Assembly (NCBI GenBank): GCA_964464695.1
Contig: CAYXKW010000002.1
Coordinates: 28,379 to 89,935 of the forward strand
DNA length: 61,557 nt
Source: an uncultured Candidatus Saccharibacteria bacterium
Lineage (GTDB): Bacteria > Patescibacteriota > Minisyncoccia > Phycocordibacterales > UBA5272
Direction of reading: 5' to 3'
Shown: one piece after another, positions 48,196 through 57,168 of the stretch
Position numbering within the stretch: position 1 is the first letter of the stretch
How the letters are laid out: each line of letters begins with the position of its first letter
Program-made: the position numbers and the translations under genes
Notes under the pieces: model-generated
The model's input: only the letters and a program-made list of their open reading frames with translations
What the model was told of the DNA's origin: nothing
The model's database searches: none

Positions 48196-48216
48196 TCAAA
48201 ATTGAAAGGACTTGAA

Positions 48217-48954
48217 ATGAGCCAAAAGCTCTTTGACATCCAGGTCTTCGTAAGAGAACTGGACGCATACACCCCAAGCGTATTTATCCGAGGAGATAAG
48301 CGACAGCAGGTAAACTTTGAAAGAATATTGTTACTTATAAAAAAAATCTTAGACACTTCGCGTCAGCATTTTGTTTACGCTCAACAGGAAAAAATAGTTG
48401 AAGCGCTCCATTTTGCTGCAGAGAAACATAGAGGAATTTATCGTAATGACAAATTTACTCCGTACTTCCTCCATGTGATTGAGGTTGTTTGCATCCTTAT
48501 TGATCAGCGCGTATATGACTACAAAGTCATAGTCTCAGCAATCATTCATGACGTTGTTGAGGATACTGACGCCACAAAGAAGGATGTGCACGACCGTTTT
48601 GGGCCAGCGATTGCAAGAATTGTTGAATTACTCACCAAACATCCGAATTTTATCAGACGCTGGGGATACTGGTTACTCATAAAAAATGAACCTGATAAAA
48701 ATATTCGATGGAGAGTGATTGTTATCAAATTTGCTGACCGTACTCACAACATAATGACACTTGGCTCAATGCCAGTGCAAAAACGAGTAGCTAAAATTAA
48801 GGAAACAGTTGAAGAGTTTCCGGCCTTGTACAAAGTACTCGTGAAAACATTTCGTAATCTACGGAAGATTGGTGTGATAACAAAACACGACTACATGGAT
48901 CTACCATTTAGACTCAACAATCAACTGGTGCATGCAATGCAAAGTCATTCATAA
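48217..48954 (+). CDS. HD-domain (p)ppGpp hydrolase-like protein (SpoT/RelA hydrolase domain only)
   Basis: ALHFAAEKHRGIYRNDKFTPYFLHVIEV ... AIIHDVVEDTDATKKDV ... KFADRTHNIMTL. Confidence 0.75.
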   Translation: MSQKLFDIQVFVRELDAYTPSVFIRGDKRQQVNFERILLLIKKILDTSRQHFVYAQQEKIVEALHFAAEKHRGIYRNDKFTPYFLHVIEVVCILIDQRVYDYKVIVSAIIHDVVEDTDATKKDVHDRFGPAIARIVELLTKHPNFIRRWGYWLLIKNEPDKNIRWRVIVIKFADRTHNIMTLGSMPVQKRVAKIKETVEEFPALYKVLVKTFRNLRKIGVITKHDYMDLPFRLNNQLVHAMQSHS

Positions 48955-48985
48955 AAAGCCTTTATCGTTTACGATAAAGGCTTTT
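48955..48985. terminator. 13-bp hairpin terminator between convergent genes
   Basis: aaagcctttatcg / ttta / cgataaaggcttt followed by t. Confidence 0.7.
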
Positions 48986-49009
48986 ATTATTTGCTTCTCT
49001 GTTGTATAA

Positions 49010-50155
49010 CTAATGCACAACTGACTTTGCAATCACATCCACTAACTCTTTATCAAACATCGTTGGGAGAATCATTTCTGCTGTAGGATTTTTCACATGT
49101 CCTGCAAGAGCAAGTGCAGCTTTTGTGAACATTCCAATCTCAAATTGCTTGATATTGTTCTCAAGCATTCCTTTAAATAATCCAGGAAAGATAAGTGAGT
49201 TATTAAGTTGATTAGGGAAATCACTTCTTCCTGTTGCAATAACTGCAACCCCAGCACTCTTTGCAACTTCTGGCATTATTTCTGGAACGGGATTAGCAAG
49301 CGCAAATACTATCGCATCCTTATTCATATTTTTTGCCATATCTTCTGTGAGAGCTCCTGCTTTTGATACTCCGATAAAAACATCAGCACCTTGGACCGCT
49401 GCTTCTAGACTTCCTTCGAAACCTTTTAATGTGCTTGTAGTTATAAGAGCTACCTTTTCTTTAGTAAGGTCACTACGTCCGTCATGGATAATTCCTTTAC
49501 TGTCGCAGAACAAAATGTTTGTAAAACCATACGCAAGCAAAAGCCGTGACACTGCAACGCCTGCTGAGCCAACACCGTTAACAACAATCTTCACGTCTTT
49601 ACCTTCACCTCGCCCGGTAACTTTAAGTGCATTAATGATGCCGCCGAGTACTACCGTTGCTGTCCCCCATTGATCATCATGCATTACAGGGATATCTAGC
49701 TCTTTACGAAGTCTTTCCTCAATTTCAAAACACCGAGGTGCCGCGATATCCTCAAGATTAATTGCACCAAAAACCGGAGCAATTTGCTTCACAGCTTTTA
49801 TAATTTCTTCTGTATCTTGTGTATCTAAACAAATAGGAAATGCATCCACCCCAGCAAACGACTTGAGTATCGCAGCCTTCCCTTCCATAACCGGAATGGA
49901 AGCTAAGGCTCCGAGATTCCCAAGCCCTAAGATAGCGGAGCCGTCAGAAATGATTGCAACAGTGTTACGTTTAAGTGTGTACTCACGAGCGTTCGCCGGA
50001 TCTTTTGCAATTTCTTTACACACCTCTGCCACTCCTGGTGTATACGCACGAGACAAATCATCCCTATTTTCCATAGGAACTTTTGTTTGTAGCCCAATCT
50101 TCCCTCGGAATTTTTTGTGAAGTTCTAAAGCTTCTTTGTTGTAGTCGTGTGTCAT
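49010..50155 (-). CDS. NAD(P)-dependent malic enzyme (short form)
   Basis: YTPGVAEVC ... ISDGSAILGLGNLGALASIPVMEGKAAILKSFAGVDAFPI ... GVGSAGVA. Confidence 0.85.
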   Translation of the reverse strand: MTHDYNKEALELHKKFRGKIGLQTKVPMENRDDLSRAYTPGVAEVCKEIAKDPANAREYTLKRNTVAIISDGSAILGLGNLGALASIPVMEGKAAILKSFAGVDAFPICLDTQDTEEIIKAVKQIAPVFGAINLEDIAAPRCFEIEERLRKELDIPVMHDDQWGTATVVLGGIINALKVTGRGEGKDVKIVVNGVGSAGVAVSRLLLAYGFTNILFCDSKGIIHDGRSDLTKEKVALITTSTLKGFEGSLEAAVQGADVFIGVSKAGALTEDMAKNMNKDAIVFALANPVPEIMPEVAKSAGVAVIATGRSDFPNQLNNSLIFPGLFKGMLENNIKQFEIGMFTKAALALAGHVKNPTAEMILPTMFDKELVDVIAKSVVH

Positions 50156-50220
50156 ATAAGATAATTTTCTATATTATTATATCTAAAAAAATAATTTCGC
50201 AGTGTACACATTCTATTAAA

Positions 50221-50347
50221 CGTCAGCCGAGTCGATATTTGGATGGAGTCCGACGGAGTTTTTTAAAAAAAGTTTAGAGACATAAGTAAGAGTACGTTGA
50301 GAAACTTTTTCTGAAAAACTCCTAGGAATACGCCAAATAGTGGCTCG
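50221..50347. repeat. Nested-hairpin intergenic repeat (family F2, copy c)
   Basis: Outer stem ggagttttt (50255-50263) / aaaaactcc (50314-50322). Inner stem aaaaagttt (50267-50275) / aaacttttt (50302-50310). Core agagac ... agtacgttgagaaact is shared with copy b. Confidence 0.6.
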
Positions 50348-50369
50348 GTGTTTTATTTCTTACCCATCT

Positions 50370-51260
50370 CTACTTCATGTAGAGCTCCATTTTAGCTCTC
50401 ACAACTTTCTTCATCTCTTCTTGGCCTTCATGTCCGAACTTATACGGAGCAACTTCATTTGGATGCTCTGCAAGATAATTCATTTCGCCATCTCTAAACG
50501 CTTTTCTAATTTCAGTGTTGATATGAACAATGGCGATTCCAGCATCAATTGAAGCAATTAAATCCTCATCTGTATTTCCACTAGCACCATGTAGCACCAG
50601 AGGCAAATCTGTAGCCTTTGTGATTTCCACTAATCTATCAATATGAAGCGCTGGGTCTGTAGCATCAATTAACATTCCATGAACATTCCCAATTGCAGGA
50701 GCAAACATATCAATACCTGTGCGCAAAATAAAATCCTTCGCTTGTTCTGGTGTTGTTAAGTTTTCTTCACTGACTCCTTCTGGTAGAGCTGTATTAAGTG
50801 ATGAGGACTGTCCAATATATCCAAGTTCAGCTTCAACGAGAACTCTCTTTCCTGTTTTCTCCTCATAATTTCTTACAAAATCTACACATGACTTAACAAG
50901 TGCTACATTTTCTTCATACGGAAGTTTCGCGCCATCAACAATCACACTATCGTATCCGGCTTCTACCACTTCTTGCACTTTTTCGAGTGTGTAGGTGTGG
51001 TCAGCGTTCAAAAAAATTGGGACATTGTACTCTTGGTTAAGTTCGTCAACAATCGTACGAACCATGTCTATGCCCATATAGTCACGCTCACCCTCACTTG
51101 CACCAATAATAACTGGTTGATTTAATTCTTCTGCAACCTCAACGATAGCGCGAGCCTGATCTAGGTTAGAAATATTAAAATGAGCAATTGCTTTTCCTTG
51201 ATTCTTATACTCACTAATTGTTTCGAAATAAACTTCTGATTGTGTGGTTAATGACTTCAT
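50370..51260 (-). CDS. fba: Class II fructose-bisphosphate aldolase
   Basis: AIAHFNISNLDQ ... PVIIGASEG ... LNADHT ... LVLHGASG. Confidence 0.85.
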   Translation of the reverse strand: MKSLTTQSEVYFETISEYKNQGKAIAHFNISNLDQARAIVEVAEELNQPVIIGASEGERDYMGIDMVRTIVDELNQEYNVPIFLNADHTYTLEKVQEVVEAGYDSVIVDGAKLPYEENVALVKSCVDFVRNYEEKTGKRVLVEAELGYIGQSSSLNTALPEGVSEENLTTPEQAKDFILRTGIDMFAPAIGNVHGMLIDATDPALHIDRLVEITKATDLPLVLHGASGNTDEDLIASIDAGIAIVHINTEIRKAFRDGEMNYLAEHPNEVAPYKFGHEGQEEMKKVVRAKMELYMK

Positions 51261-51303
51261 ATCAACATAGTATACAGCATGCATAGGGTATACTAAAAAG
51301 CAT

Positions 51304-52296
51304 ATGGAAAACAAACCTCAATTAGATTTTATCGCAATAGGTGACACAGTTATTGACGCATTTATTAGACTTTCTGTAGGACATATCCAAGAAACCGCCC
51401 ACGGTCGCGAAATATGCTTACCGTATGGAATGAAAGTTCCATTTGATGATGTATTTGTTCTGCCTGCAGTTGGGAATAGCGCGAACGCGTCTGTTTCTGC
51501 TTCTCGTTTAGGTCTTACATCAGCACTTATAACATCTCTTGGAAAAGACCAGCATGGGGATGAATGTCTTACACAGCTAACTAAAGAAGGAATTAGTACA
51601 AATTATGTAAGACAAGAAGAAGGTAAAAAAACAAACTACCACTATGTGCTTTGGAAAGAAGATGACCGTACTATTCTTATTAAACATGAGCAATTTACGC
51701 CAGTTATGCCTGATGTAGGTAGTCCAAAGTGGTTGTACCTCTCATCTTTAGGTGGACATACACTACCATTTCATCATGAATTAATTTCATATGTTAAAGA
51801 TCATCCAGAAATAAAGCTCGCATTCCAACCTGGAACATACCAACTTGCGTTCGGTGTAGAACTTGCTGAACTTTATAAAATTACGGAGGTTGTGTGTATG
51901 AACAAAGAAGAAGCAGAACAACTACTTGCCTCAGAAGGATCCCCGGTTAAAGATCTTCTAGATGGACTTAGCGCTATGGGACCAAAAACTATTATTGTAA
52001 CTGACGGACCACATGGCGCATACATGAAATATGACAACACCTATTTCAGTATGCCTCTTTATCCTGACATCGCAGCTCCACTAGAGCGAACAGGAGCAGG
52101 CGATGCATTCTTTTCAACGTTTATTGCATATCTTGCAAAAGGATATGATGCGCCATATGCTATGCGACGTGCACCAATTAACAGTATGAACGTTGTGCAA
52201 CATGTTGGAGCACAAGAAGGACTCCTCACAGAGCAAGCTCTAGAAGAGTATCTTAAAAAAGCACCTACTGATTACGTACTTTCAATAATGAAGTAG
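51304..52296 (+). CDS. PfkB-family carbohydrate/nucleoside kinase
   Basis: DFIAIGDTVIDAF ... GNSANASV ... TGAGDAFFSTFIAYLAKG. Confidence 0.8.
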   Translation: MENKPQLDFIAIGDTVIDAFIRLSVGHIQETAHGREICLPYGMKVPFDDVFVLPAVGNSANASVSASRLGLTSALITSLGKDQHGDECLTQLTKEGISTNYVRQEEGKKTNYHYVLWKEDDRTILIKHEQFTPVMPDVGSPKWLYLSSLGGHTLPFHHELISYVKDHPEIKLAFQPGTYQLAFGVELAELYKITEVVCMNKEEAEQLLASEGSPVKDLLDGLSAMGPKTIIVTDGPHGAYMKYDNTYFSMPLYPDIAAPLERTGAGDAFFSTFIAYLAKGYDAPYAMRRAPINSMNVVQHVGAQEGLLTEQALEEYLKKAPTDYVLSIMK

Positions 52297-52334
52297 AGTG
52301 GATAGACTTTAGAGAAAAGCATTACTCCATAAAG

Positions 52335-52404
52335 CAAGAACGACCGCTTCGCGGTCGTTCTTGTGTTAAAGCTAAAATCTAATGGCTACGAACTAATAGC
52401 TACC
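52335..52404 (-). promoter_or_regulatory. Five heptad-phased UAG units (minus strand) directly after the tktC stop, followed by a 12-bp hairpin
   Basis: CTA at 52372, 52379, 52386, 52393 and 52400 (plus strand), with the stop codon at 52405-52407. Hairpin caagaacgaccg / cttcg / cggtcgttcttg (52335-52363). Confidence 0.6.
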
Positions 52405-53391
52405 CTAGTGCAGTGTCTCTCTCACCTTCTGTGCAATATGCTTTGCTGTTAGTCCATACTCTTCGTAGAGCTCTTGTACCTTTCCACTTTGACCGAATCT
52501 GTCGTTCACACCAACTCGTCCAATACGAATCGGATGATGTTCACTTAAATATTCCGCAACAGCGCTTCCAAGACCCCCGGATATTTGATGCTCTTCGACC
52601 GTTACAATAGCGCGTACATCTTTTACTAGTCGAAGCAAGAATGCAGTATCGAGTGGTTTCACTTGTGGCATATTTACTACCATAACCCCAATTCCTTCTT
52701 TCTCTAGTAAGAGCGCAGCTTTTATCGCTTCATAAATAATTGGTCCACACGCAACAATCCCGACGGAATGGGTAAAGGTTCCACCGTATTTATGTTGTGG
52801 CATATACATCATGTATCCTTTACCGTGATTCCAAACATAGTTGTCTGGCAACATCATTGGAGTTTTTTCACGCGTAAGTCGTAGATATGCAGGCTCTTTG
52901 GTTGTTGCAATATGCTCAGTAATAACTTTTGCTTCCACTGCATCACACGGAACAAATACTTGCATGTTAGGAATCATCCGCATAATAGCAATGTCTTCTA
53001 TCGCCTGATGTGTTGCCCCATCTGGCCCAACAGAGATACCAGCGTGCGCTCCCACAACTTTTACTGGCACATCATTATAGGCAATAGTTGTGCGTATCTG
53101 TTCCCAATTTCTACCAGGTGAAAACATTGCGTAGCTCGCCATGAATGGAATATACCCCATAGCTGCCATGCCAGATGCTAGTCCTGACATTGCTTGTTCT
53201 GTAATACCAACTTCAAAAAAACGCTTCGGAAATTTGTCTCTAAAACCATCCATCTTAACACTGTCCGTTAAGTCTGCACACAGCGCAACGACTCTATCAT
53301 CAAGAACTCCCGCCGCAACAAGCCCTTCTCCGAATCCTTCGCGAGTTGCCTTTTGTTCTTCCCCTGCGGTAAATAATGTTTTTCTGAGCAT
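52405..53391 (-). CDS. Transketolase, C-terminal (pyrimidine-binding) subunit
   Basis: ATREGFGEGL ... VGITEQAMSG ... GATHQAIEDIAIMR. Confidence 0.9.
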   Translation of the reverse strand: MLRKTLFTAGEEQKATREGFGEGLVAAGVLDDRVVALCADLTDSVKMDGFRDKFPKRFFEVGITEQAMSGLASGMAAMGYIPFMASYAMFSPGRNWEQIRTTIAYNDVPVKVVGAHAGISVGPDGATHQAIEDIAIMRMIPNMQVFVPCDAVEAKVITEHIATTKEPAYLRLTREKTPMMLPDNYVWNHGKGYMMYMPQHKYGGTFTHSVGIVACGPIIYEAIKAALLLEKEGIGVMVVNMPQVKPLDTAFLLRLVKDVRAIVTVEEHQISGGLGSAVAEYLSEHHPIRIGRVGVNDRFGQSGKVQELYEEYGLTAKHIAQKVRETLH

Positions 53392-53454
53392 GTATGTTTA
53401 GTTAATATGGATGTTTTATTTAATTGAAATCTCTATGGCCATAAAATGACTTTA

Positions 53455-53550
53455 GATACGAGGCACGGGGTGAGTTTCGAAAGAGACGTACTAGATAGTA
53501 CGTTGACTGAGAAACTGGGGACCCGTAACAAAGTAGCTGAAGTTTTTTTA
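53455..53550. repeat. Nested-hairpin intergenic repeat (family F2, copy b) between the two transketolase halves
   Basis: Three nested stems: acggg (53465-53469) / cccgt (53522-53526); agtttc (53473-53478) / gaaact (53511-53516); acgtac (53486-53491) / gtacgt (53498-53503). Confidence 0.65.
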
Positions 53551-53553
53551 TGG

Positions 53554-54420
53554 TCATAGCTCTCCGTATTTAATTTTACCTTTAAGAGTTCTCAGTTCTT
53601 TAAGCGCAGCTTTTGACTCTTCTGCATTAGGTGCTTTACCATGCCACCTATAATCTCCCTCGAACGCAGTAACACCCTTACCTGGAATAGTGTGAGCAAT
53701 AATAACTGTTGGTTTATCAAGACTACTCTTCGCAGTACCTATAGCTCTTACAATATCTTTAAAATCATGACCATTCACCTCGATAACATGAAAATTAAAG
53801 GCTTCCATTTTATCTTTCAATGACTCAAGCGGGAGCACGTCTTCTGTATACCCGTCAATTTGAATAGTATTGCGATCAATAATAGAAATTACTTTTGTTA
53901 ATTTATATTTATTAAGTAATAAAAAAGATTCCCACACTTGACCTTCGTTAATCTCTCCATCACCCATACAGCAATAAAAAAATCTATCAGGTTTATGACC
54001 CTCTAGTCTATCCATGAGCGCCATACCGATTGCTTGTGATAATCCACTACCAAGAGGACCTGAAGAAGTCTCAAGCCCAGGAAGTGACTCACGGTGTGGG
54101 TGACCTTGAAGCCGTGAACCAAAACGTCTCAGCGTTTTTAATTCAGTCACAGAAAAATACCCAGCGTGTGCCATGGTTGCATACAAAACTGGTGCAATAT
54201 GACCATTAGATAGAATTAATCTATCACGCTCAACCCAATCAGGGTGACGTGGATTATGCTTCATAACTCTAAAATATAGAGCGGTAAACACATCAGTCAT
54301 ACCTAGTGGCCCTGCTGTGTGACCACTCCCTGCTTCAGTTAACATTTTAATAATACTTTCACGTATATCTTCCGCTCGAAGAGTTAGCGCTTGTACTTCA
54401 ACATCGGTGAGTGAGTGCAT
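53554..54420 (-). CDS. Transketolase, N-terminal (TPP-binding) subunit
   Basis: GSGHTAGPLGMTD ... LSNGHIAP ... GPLGSGLSQAIGMA ... GDGEINEGQVWE. Confidence 0.9.
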   Translation of the reverse strand: MHSLTDVEVQALTLRAEDIRESIIKMLTEAGSGHTAGPLGMTDVFTALYFRVMKHNPRHPDWVERDRLILSNGHIAPVLYATMAHAGYFSVTELKTLRRFGSRLQGHPHRESLPGLETSSGPLGSGLSQAIGMALMDRLEGHKPDRFFYCCMGDGEINEGQVWESFLLLNKYKLTKVISIIDRNTIQIDGYTEDVLPLESLKDKMEAFNFHVIEVNGHDFKDIVRAIGTAKSSLDKPTVIIAHTIPGKGVTAFEGDYRWHGKAPNAEESKAALKELRTLKGKIKYGEL

Positions 54421-54464
54421 ATAATCGTAGTATACAACTATTATCTTGAAGTCTGTAGTTTACT

Positions 54465-54503
54465 AATTCACAGAGCGAAACCGAAGGTTTCGCTCTGTGA
54501 ATT
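54465..54503. terminator. Perfect 18-bp hairpin downstream of rpe
   Basis: aattcacagagcgaaacc / gaa / ggtttcgctctgtgaatt. The loop reads UUC on the minus strand. Confidence 0.6.
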
Positions 54504-54526
54504 ATTTCTCTCCTTTTTTTAAATTA

Positions 54527-55195
54527 CTATTTAAAGTCTTCTTCTAATTTTCTTAATGTTTTTCGCACATCTTTATGAGTTGCCCCTCTGCTAAACAAAT
54601 AAGAACCAACTACTACGCACGTTGCACCTCTATTTCTTACTTTCAAAATTGTTTCTGGATTCATACTTCCATCAACTTGTATATCAATGTGCTTGCATGC
54701 GTCTTTCAAATACTCAATTCTTCTAGGCACACCATCGTCAAATGGTTGTCCTTGGGCACCTATATGCTTAATACCCATAACCTGAATAAAAACTTTTGAG
54801 TAACTTAATTCTGCTTTACGCACAAGAGCTGCAAAGGCTGGTACATTTTTATCATTAGAAACAGTCAACCCTAGATAGACGAGCTTTTTCCGTGCAACTT
54901 CCACAGCTTCAGCTACGTCATCATCGGTAAACGAATCGACATGAAGAATAACTCGCTGCGCCCCTAGAGCAATCACTCGAGGAAGAAACTTTCTCCAATC
55001 GTTAACCATAAGGTCAAATTCATACGAAAATCCTTCAAGTAATTCTTCATCTTTATATGGAAGCCATGTCTTCTCCAGACCAAATACTCCATCACAAAGA
55101 TCAATCTGCACACGTTCAGATAAACCTTCCAGTATAAAAAGTTTATCAATCAACTCTTCGAAACTTTTTGGTAGTATTGCTGGTGTAATTATCAT
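54527..55195 (-). CDS. rpe: Ribulose-phosphate 3-epimerase family protein
   Basis: ITPAILPKSFEEL, VQIDLCDGVF, DLMV, ILHVD, IQVDGSMN, VVVGSYLF. Confidence 0.7.
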   Translation of the reverse strand: MIITPAILPKSFEELIDKLFILEGLSERVQIDLCDGVFGLEKTWLPYKDEELLEGFSYEFDLMVNDWRKFLPRVIALGAQRVILHVDSFTDDDVAEAVEVARKKLVYLGLTVSNDKNVPAFAALVRKAELSYSKVFIQVMGIKHIGAQGQPFDDGVPRRIEYLKDACKHIDIQVDGSMNPETILKVRNRGATCVVVGSYLFSRGATHKDVRKTLRKLEEDFK

Positions 55196-55201
55196 AAATA
55201 A

Positions 55202-55363
55202 TTAATGTGTTATTTTATAATACACGGAAATGTATCCAACACCTTCATCACATGTTTCAACACTCGCACCATTACATTCAATTGGTGTATCATTTGGAAT
55301 AATTGGTACAAATATGATAGCAATGATGAGGAGTAAAATAGTAATAATGTTAGATATACTCAT
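55202..55363 (-). CDS. 53-aa membrane-anchored Cys-containing peptide (below the ORF-track cut-off)
   Basis: Reverse translation gives MSISNIITILLLIIAIIFVPIIPNDTPIECNGASVETCDEGVGYISVYYKITH. Paralogous to the next gene. Confidence 0.4.
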   Translation of the reverse strand: MSISNIITILLLIIAIIFVPIIPNDTPIECNGASVETCDEGVGYISVYYKITH

Positions 55364-55379
55364 AGAATATAATCATTAC

Positions 55380-55598
55380 TTAAAATGTTCTCGGCCGTGT
55401 TTCTACAACGTCCTTAGGTAACTGTAATTTTTGAAACAATGTAATATGTTCATCTTTACATTTAAGATAATACCCCCCTGCTCCATCAGGATAATTTGTA
55501 CAATCCTTTGGGTTAGGGTTGGTAACAACAGGGACAAAGAAAGAAAGTCCTGCTAAAACAACAAGTAGTCCGAAAAAAAATTTAATACTTGGGTTCAT
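55380..55598 (-). CDS. 72-aa membrane-anchored Cys-containing peptide
   Basis: MNPSIKFFFGLLVVLAGLSFFVPVVTNPNPKDCTNYPDGAGGYYLKCKDE. Shares FVP(I/V)(I/V)..N..P.(E/D)C(N/T) with 55202-55363. Confidence 0.45.
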   Translation of the reverse strand: MNPSIKFFFGLLVVLAGLSFFVPVVTNPNPKDCTNYPDGAGGYYLKCKDEHITLFQKLQLPKDVVETRPRTF

Positions 55599-55602
55599 AG
55601 TA

Positions 55603-56061
55603 TTACTTAGTTAGTTCATCTATTTGGATAATTCTATCTGAGTGTCGTTCTTCATGTGAAAAAGCGGTAGACAAAAATAATTCAATTGCCTGAACAGCCT
55701 CAAGCAATGTCACAAACCGTGCACCTATCGACAGGATATTTGCATCATTGTGTTCCCTGCCAAGCTTAACAAGCTCTAAATTCCCACCTGCATATACAAT
55801 TGAACGAACATGGCGATATCTATTAGCGACAATCGCCTCCCCCTGTCCAGAACCACCGAACAATATCGCATACGAAGGGTCATGCATTGCATCTTGCTGA
55901 ACCCTTTCAGATGCAAGTGCCATGTAGTGAGGATAATCATCACCATCTTCAAGCGTAAGAGCGCCACAATCAAAAACCTCGTGTTGTTTTTCTTCTAAAT
56001 ATGTTTTGACTTCTTCTTTAAGCGCGAAGCCTGCGTGATCAGATGCTAAGTAAATTTTCAT
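55603..56061 (-). CDS. rpiB: Ribose-5-phosphate isomerase B
   Basis: MKIYLASDHAGFALKEEV ... FGGSGQGEAIVANR. Confidence 0.9.
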   Translation of the reverse strand: MKIYLASDHAGFALKEEVKTYLEEKQHEVFDCGALTLEDGDDYPHYMALASERVQQDAMHDPSYAILFGGSGQGEAIVANRYRHVRSIVYAGGNLELVKLGREHNDANILSIGARFVTLLEAVQAIELFLSTAFSHEERHSDRIIQIDELTK

Positions 56062-56125
56062 AATAAATATAGTATACCTTTATTAGTTTTATTTTTAAAA
56101 TAACATCCACTTGCTCAACGTTACA

Positions 56126-57001
56126 TTACTCTTGTGCTACATTAGTATCTTGCTCCGATATATCATCACCTTTATACATCAGCACAAGAAAAGCAACAAT
56201 TAGGATCATCGTAAGGAGTGGAATGTACACAACAATATTTTTAATATACGGAATATTGTGAAGTATTGTGCTAACTAAAATCACTGGAGCAAGAGCATAC
56301 AGTGCCAATATATATGACTCAGTAAACGTACCTTCTCTTCCGGTTAACCATTTGCTTAACAACATAACAACAAGTCCATAGAATAATGTCATTAACAGAT
56401 AGAACAGCGGACTAAACACAGTCAAAAATATAATAATGAAAGCAATACTTAGACCTGGAATTATTTCTGCATACTGATTAATAAAAGTAACACCCTTTTG
56501 TATATCATCTTTTGAAAAAACAAACTCTTTTGAATGTTTCTCCATCCCTTCATACGAAGAGATCTTCACACCCTCTTCCTCCTCTACTGCTACACCATCT
56601 TTTGCAAGAAGAACAAATGAATCAGCATTCTTGTATGCATCGAAAGAAACGACACCATCATCAATAGTAATCATGTATGCGGGTAATACAGTCCCATTTG
56701 TAACGAGATTCTTTGCCTCACTTGGAATGGGGTATAGTTGTAATTTACCAGGAATATTTTTGGTGAGTTCTCCATCTTTGATAGTAATAACCAAATCTTG
56801 TGGAAACCCATCTAACGCTTGGCCTGAATATGTGTAAAGAAATGAAGGTATCTTTTTCCCAACAGTTACATAGAAAATAATAGAATAAGCAACAGACACC
56901 ACAAAAGTAACCAGTACAACTTTCCAAAATGCTTTCCAGAACGAATTTGCATTACCGTCCTGATAAAAAGATTTTTTCCAAAATGAGTCAAAAAAGTTCA
57001 T
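56126..57001 (-). CDS. Polytopic membrane protein (DUF1189/YvdJ-like, tentative)
   Basis: MNFFDSFWKKSFYQD N-terminus, one TM helix, a soluble insert, then three TM helices. Confidence 0.4.
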   Translation of the reverse strand: MNFFDSFWKKSFYQDGNANSFWKAFWKVVLVTFVVSVAYSIIFYVTVGKKIPSFLYTYSGQALDGFPQDLVITIKDGELTKNIPGKLQLYPIPSEAKNLVTNGTVLPAYMITIDDGVVSFDAYKNADSFVLLAKDGVAVEEEEGVKISSYEGMEKHSKEFVFSKDDIQKGVTFINQYAEIIPGLSIAFIIIFLTVFSPLFYLLMTLFYGLVVMLLSKWLTGREGTFTESYILALYALAPVILVSTILHNIPYIKNIVVYIPLLTMILIVAFLVLMYKGDDISEQDTNVAQE

Positions 57002-57110
57002 ATGATAGATTTGTGTACTATATTGTAACTGTAGAAGAAACACTGTGACTCTAAAACTCTACAGAAGTTAGACTAAAAGTATACTTCAATTTCAGTTATA
57101 GTAAAAGAAT

Positions 57111-57139
57111 AAAGAGTGACGTCTACGACGTCACTCTTT
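57111..57139. terminator. 13-bp hairpin terminator downstream of gap
   Basis: aaagagtgacgtc / tac / gacgtcactcttt. Confidence 0.65.
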
Positions 57140-57168
57140 ATTCTAAATTATTTTAAAATACAATGTTA

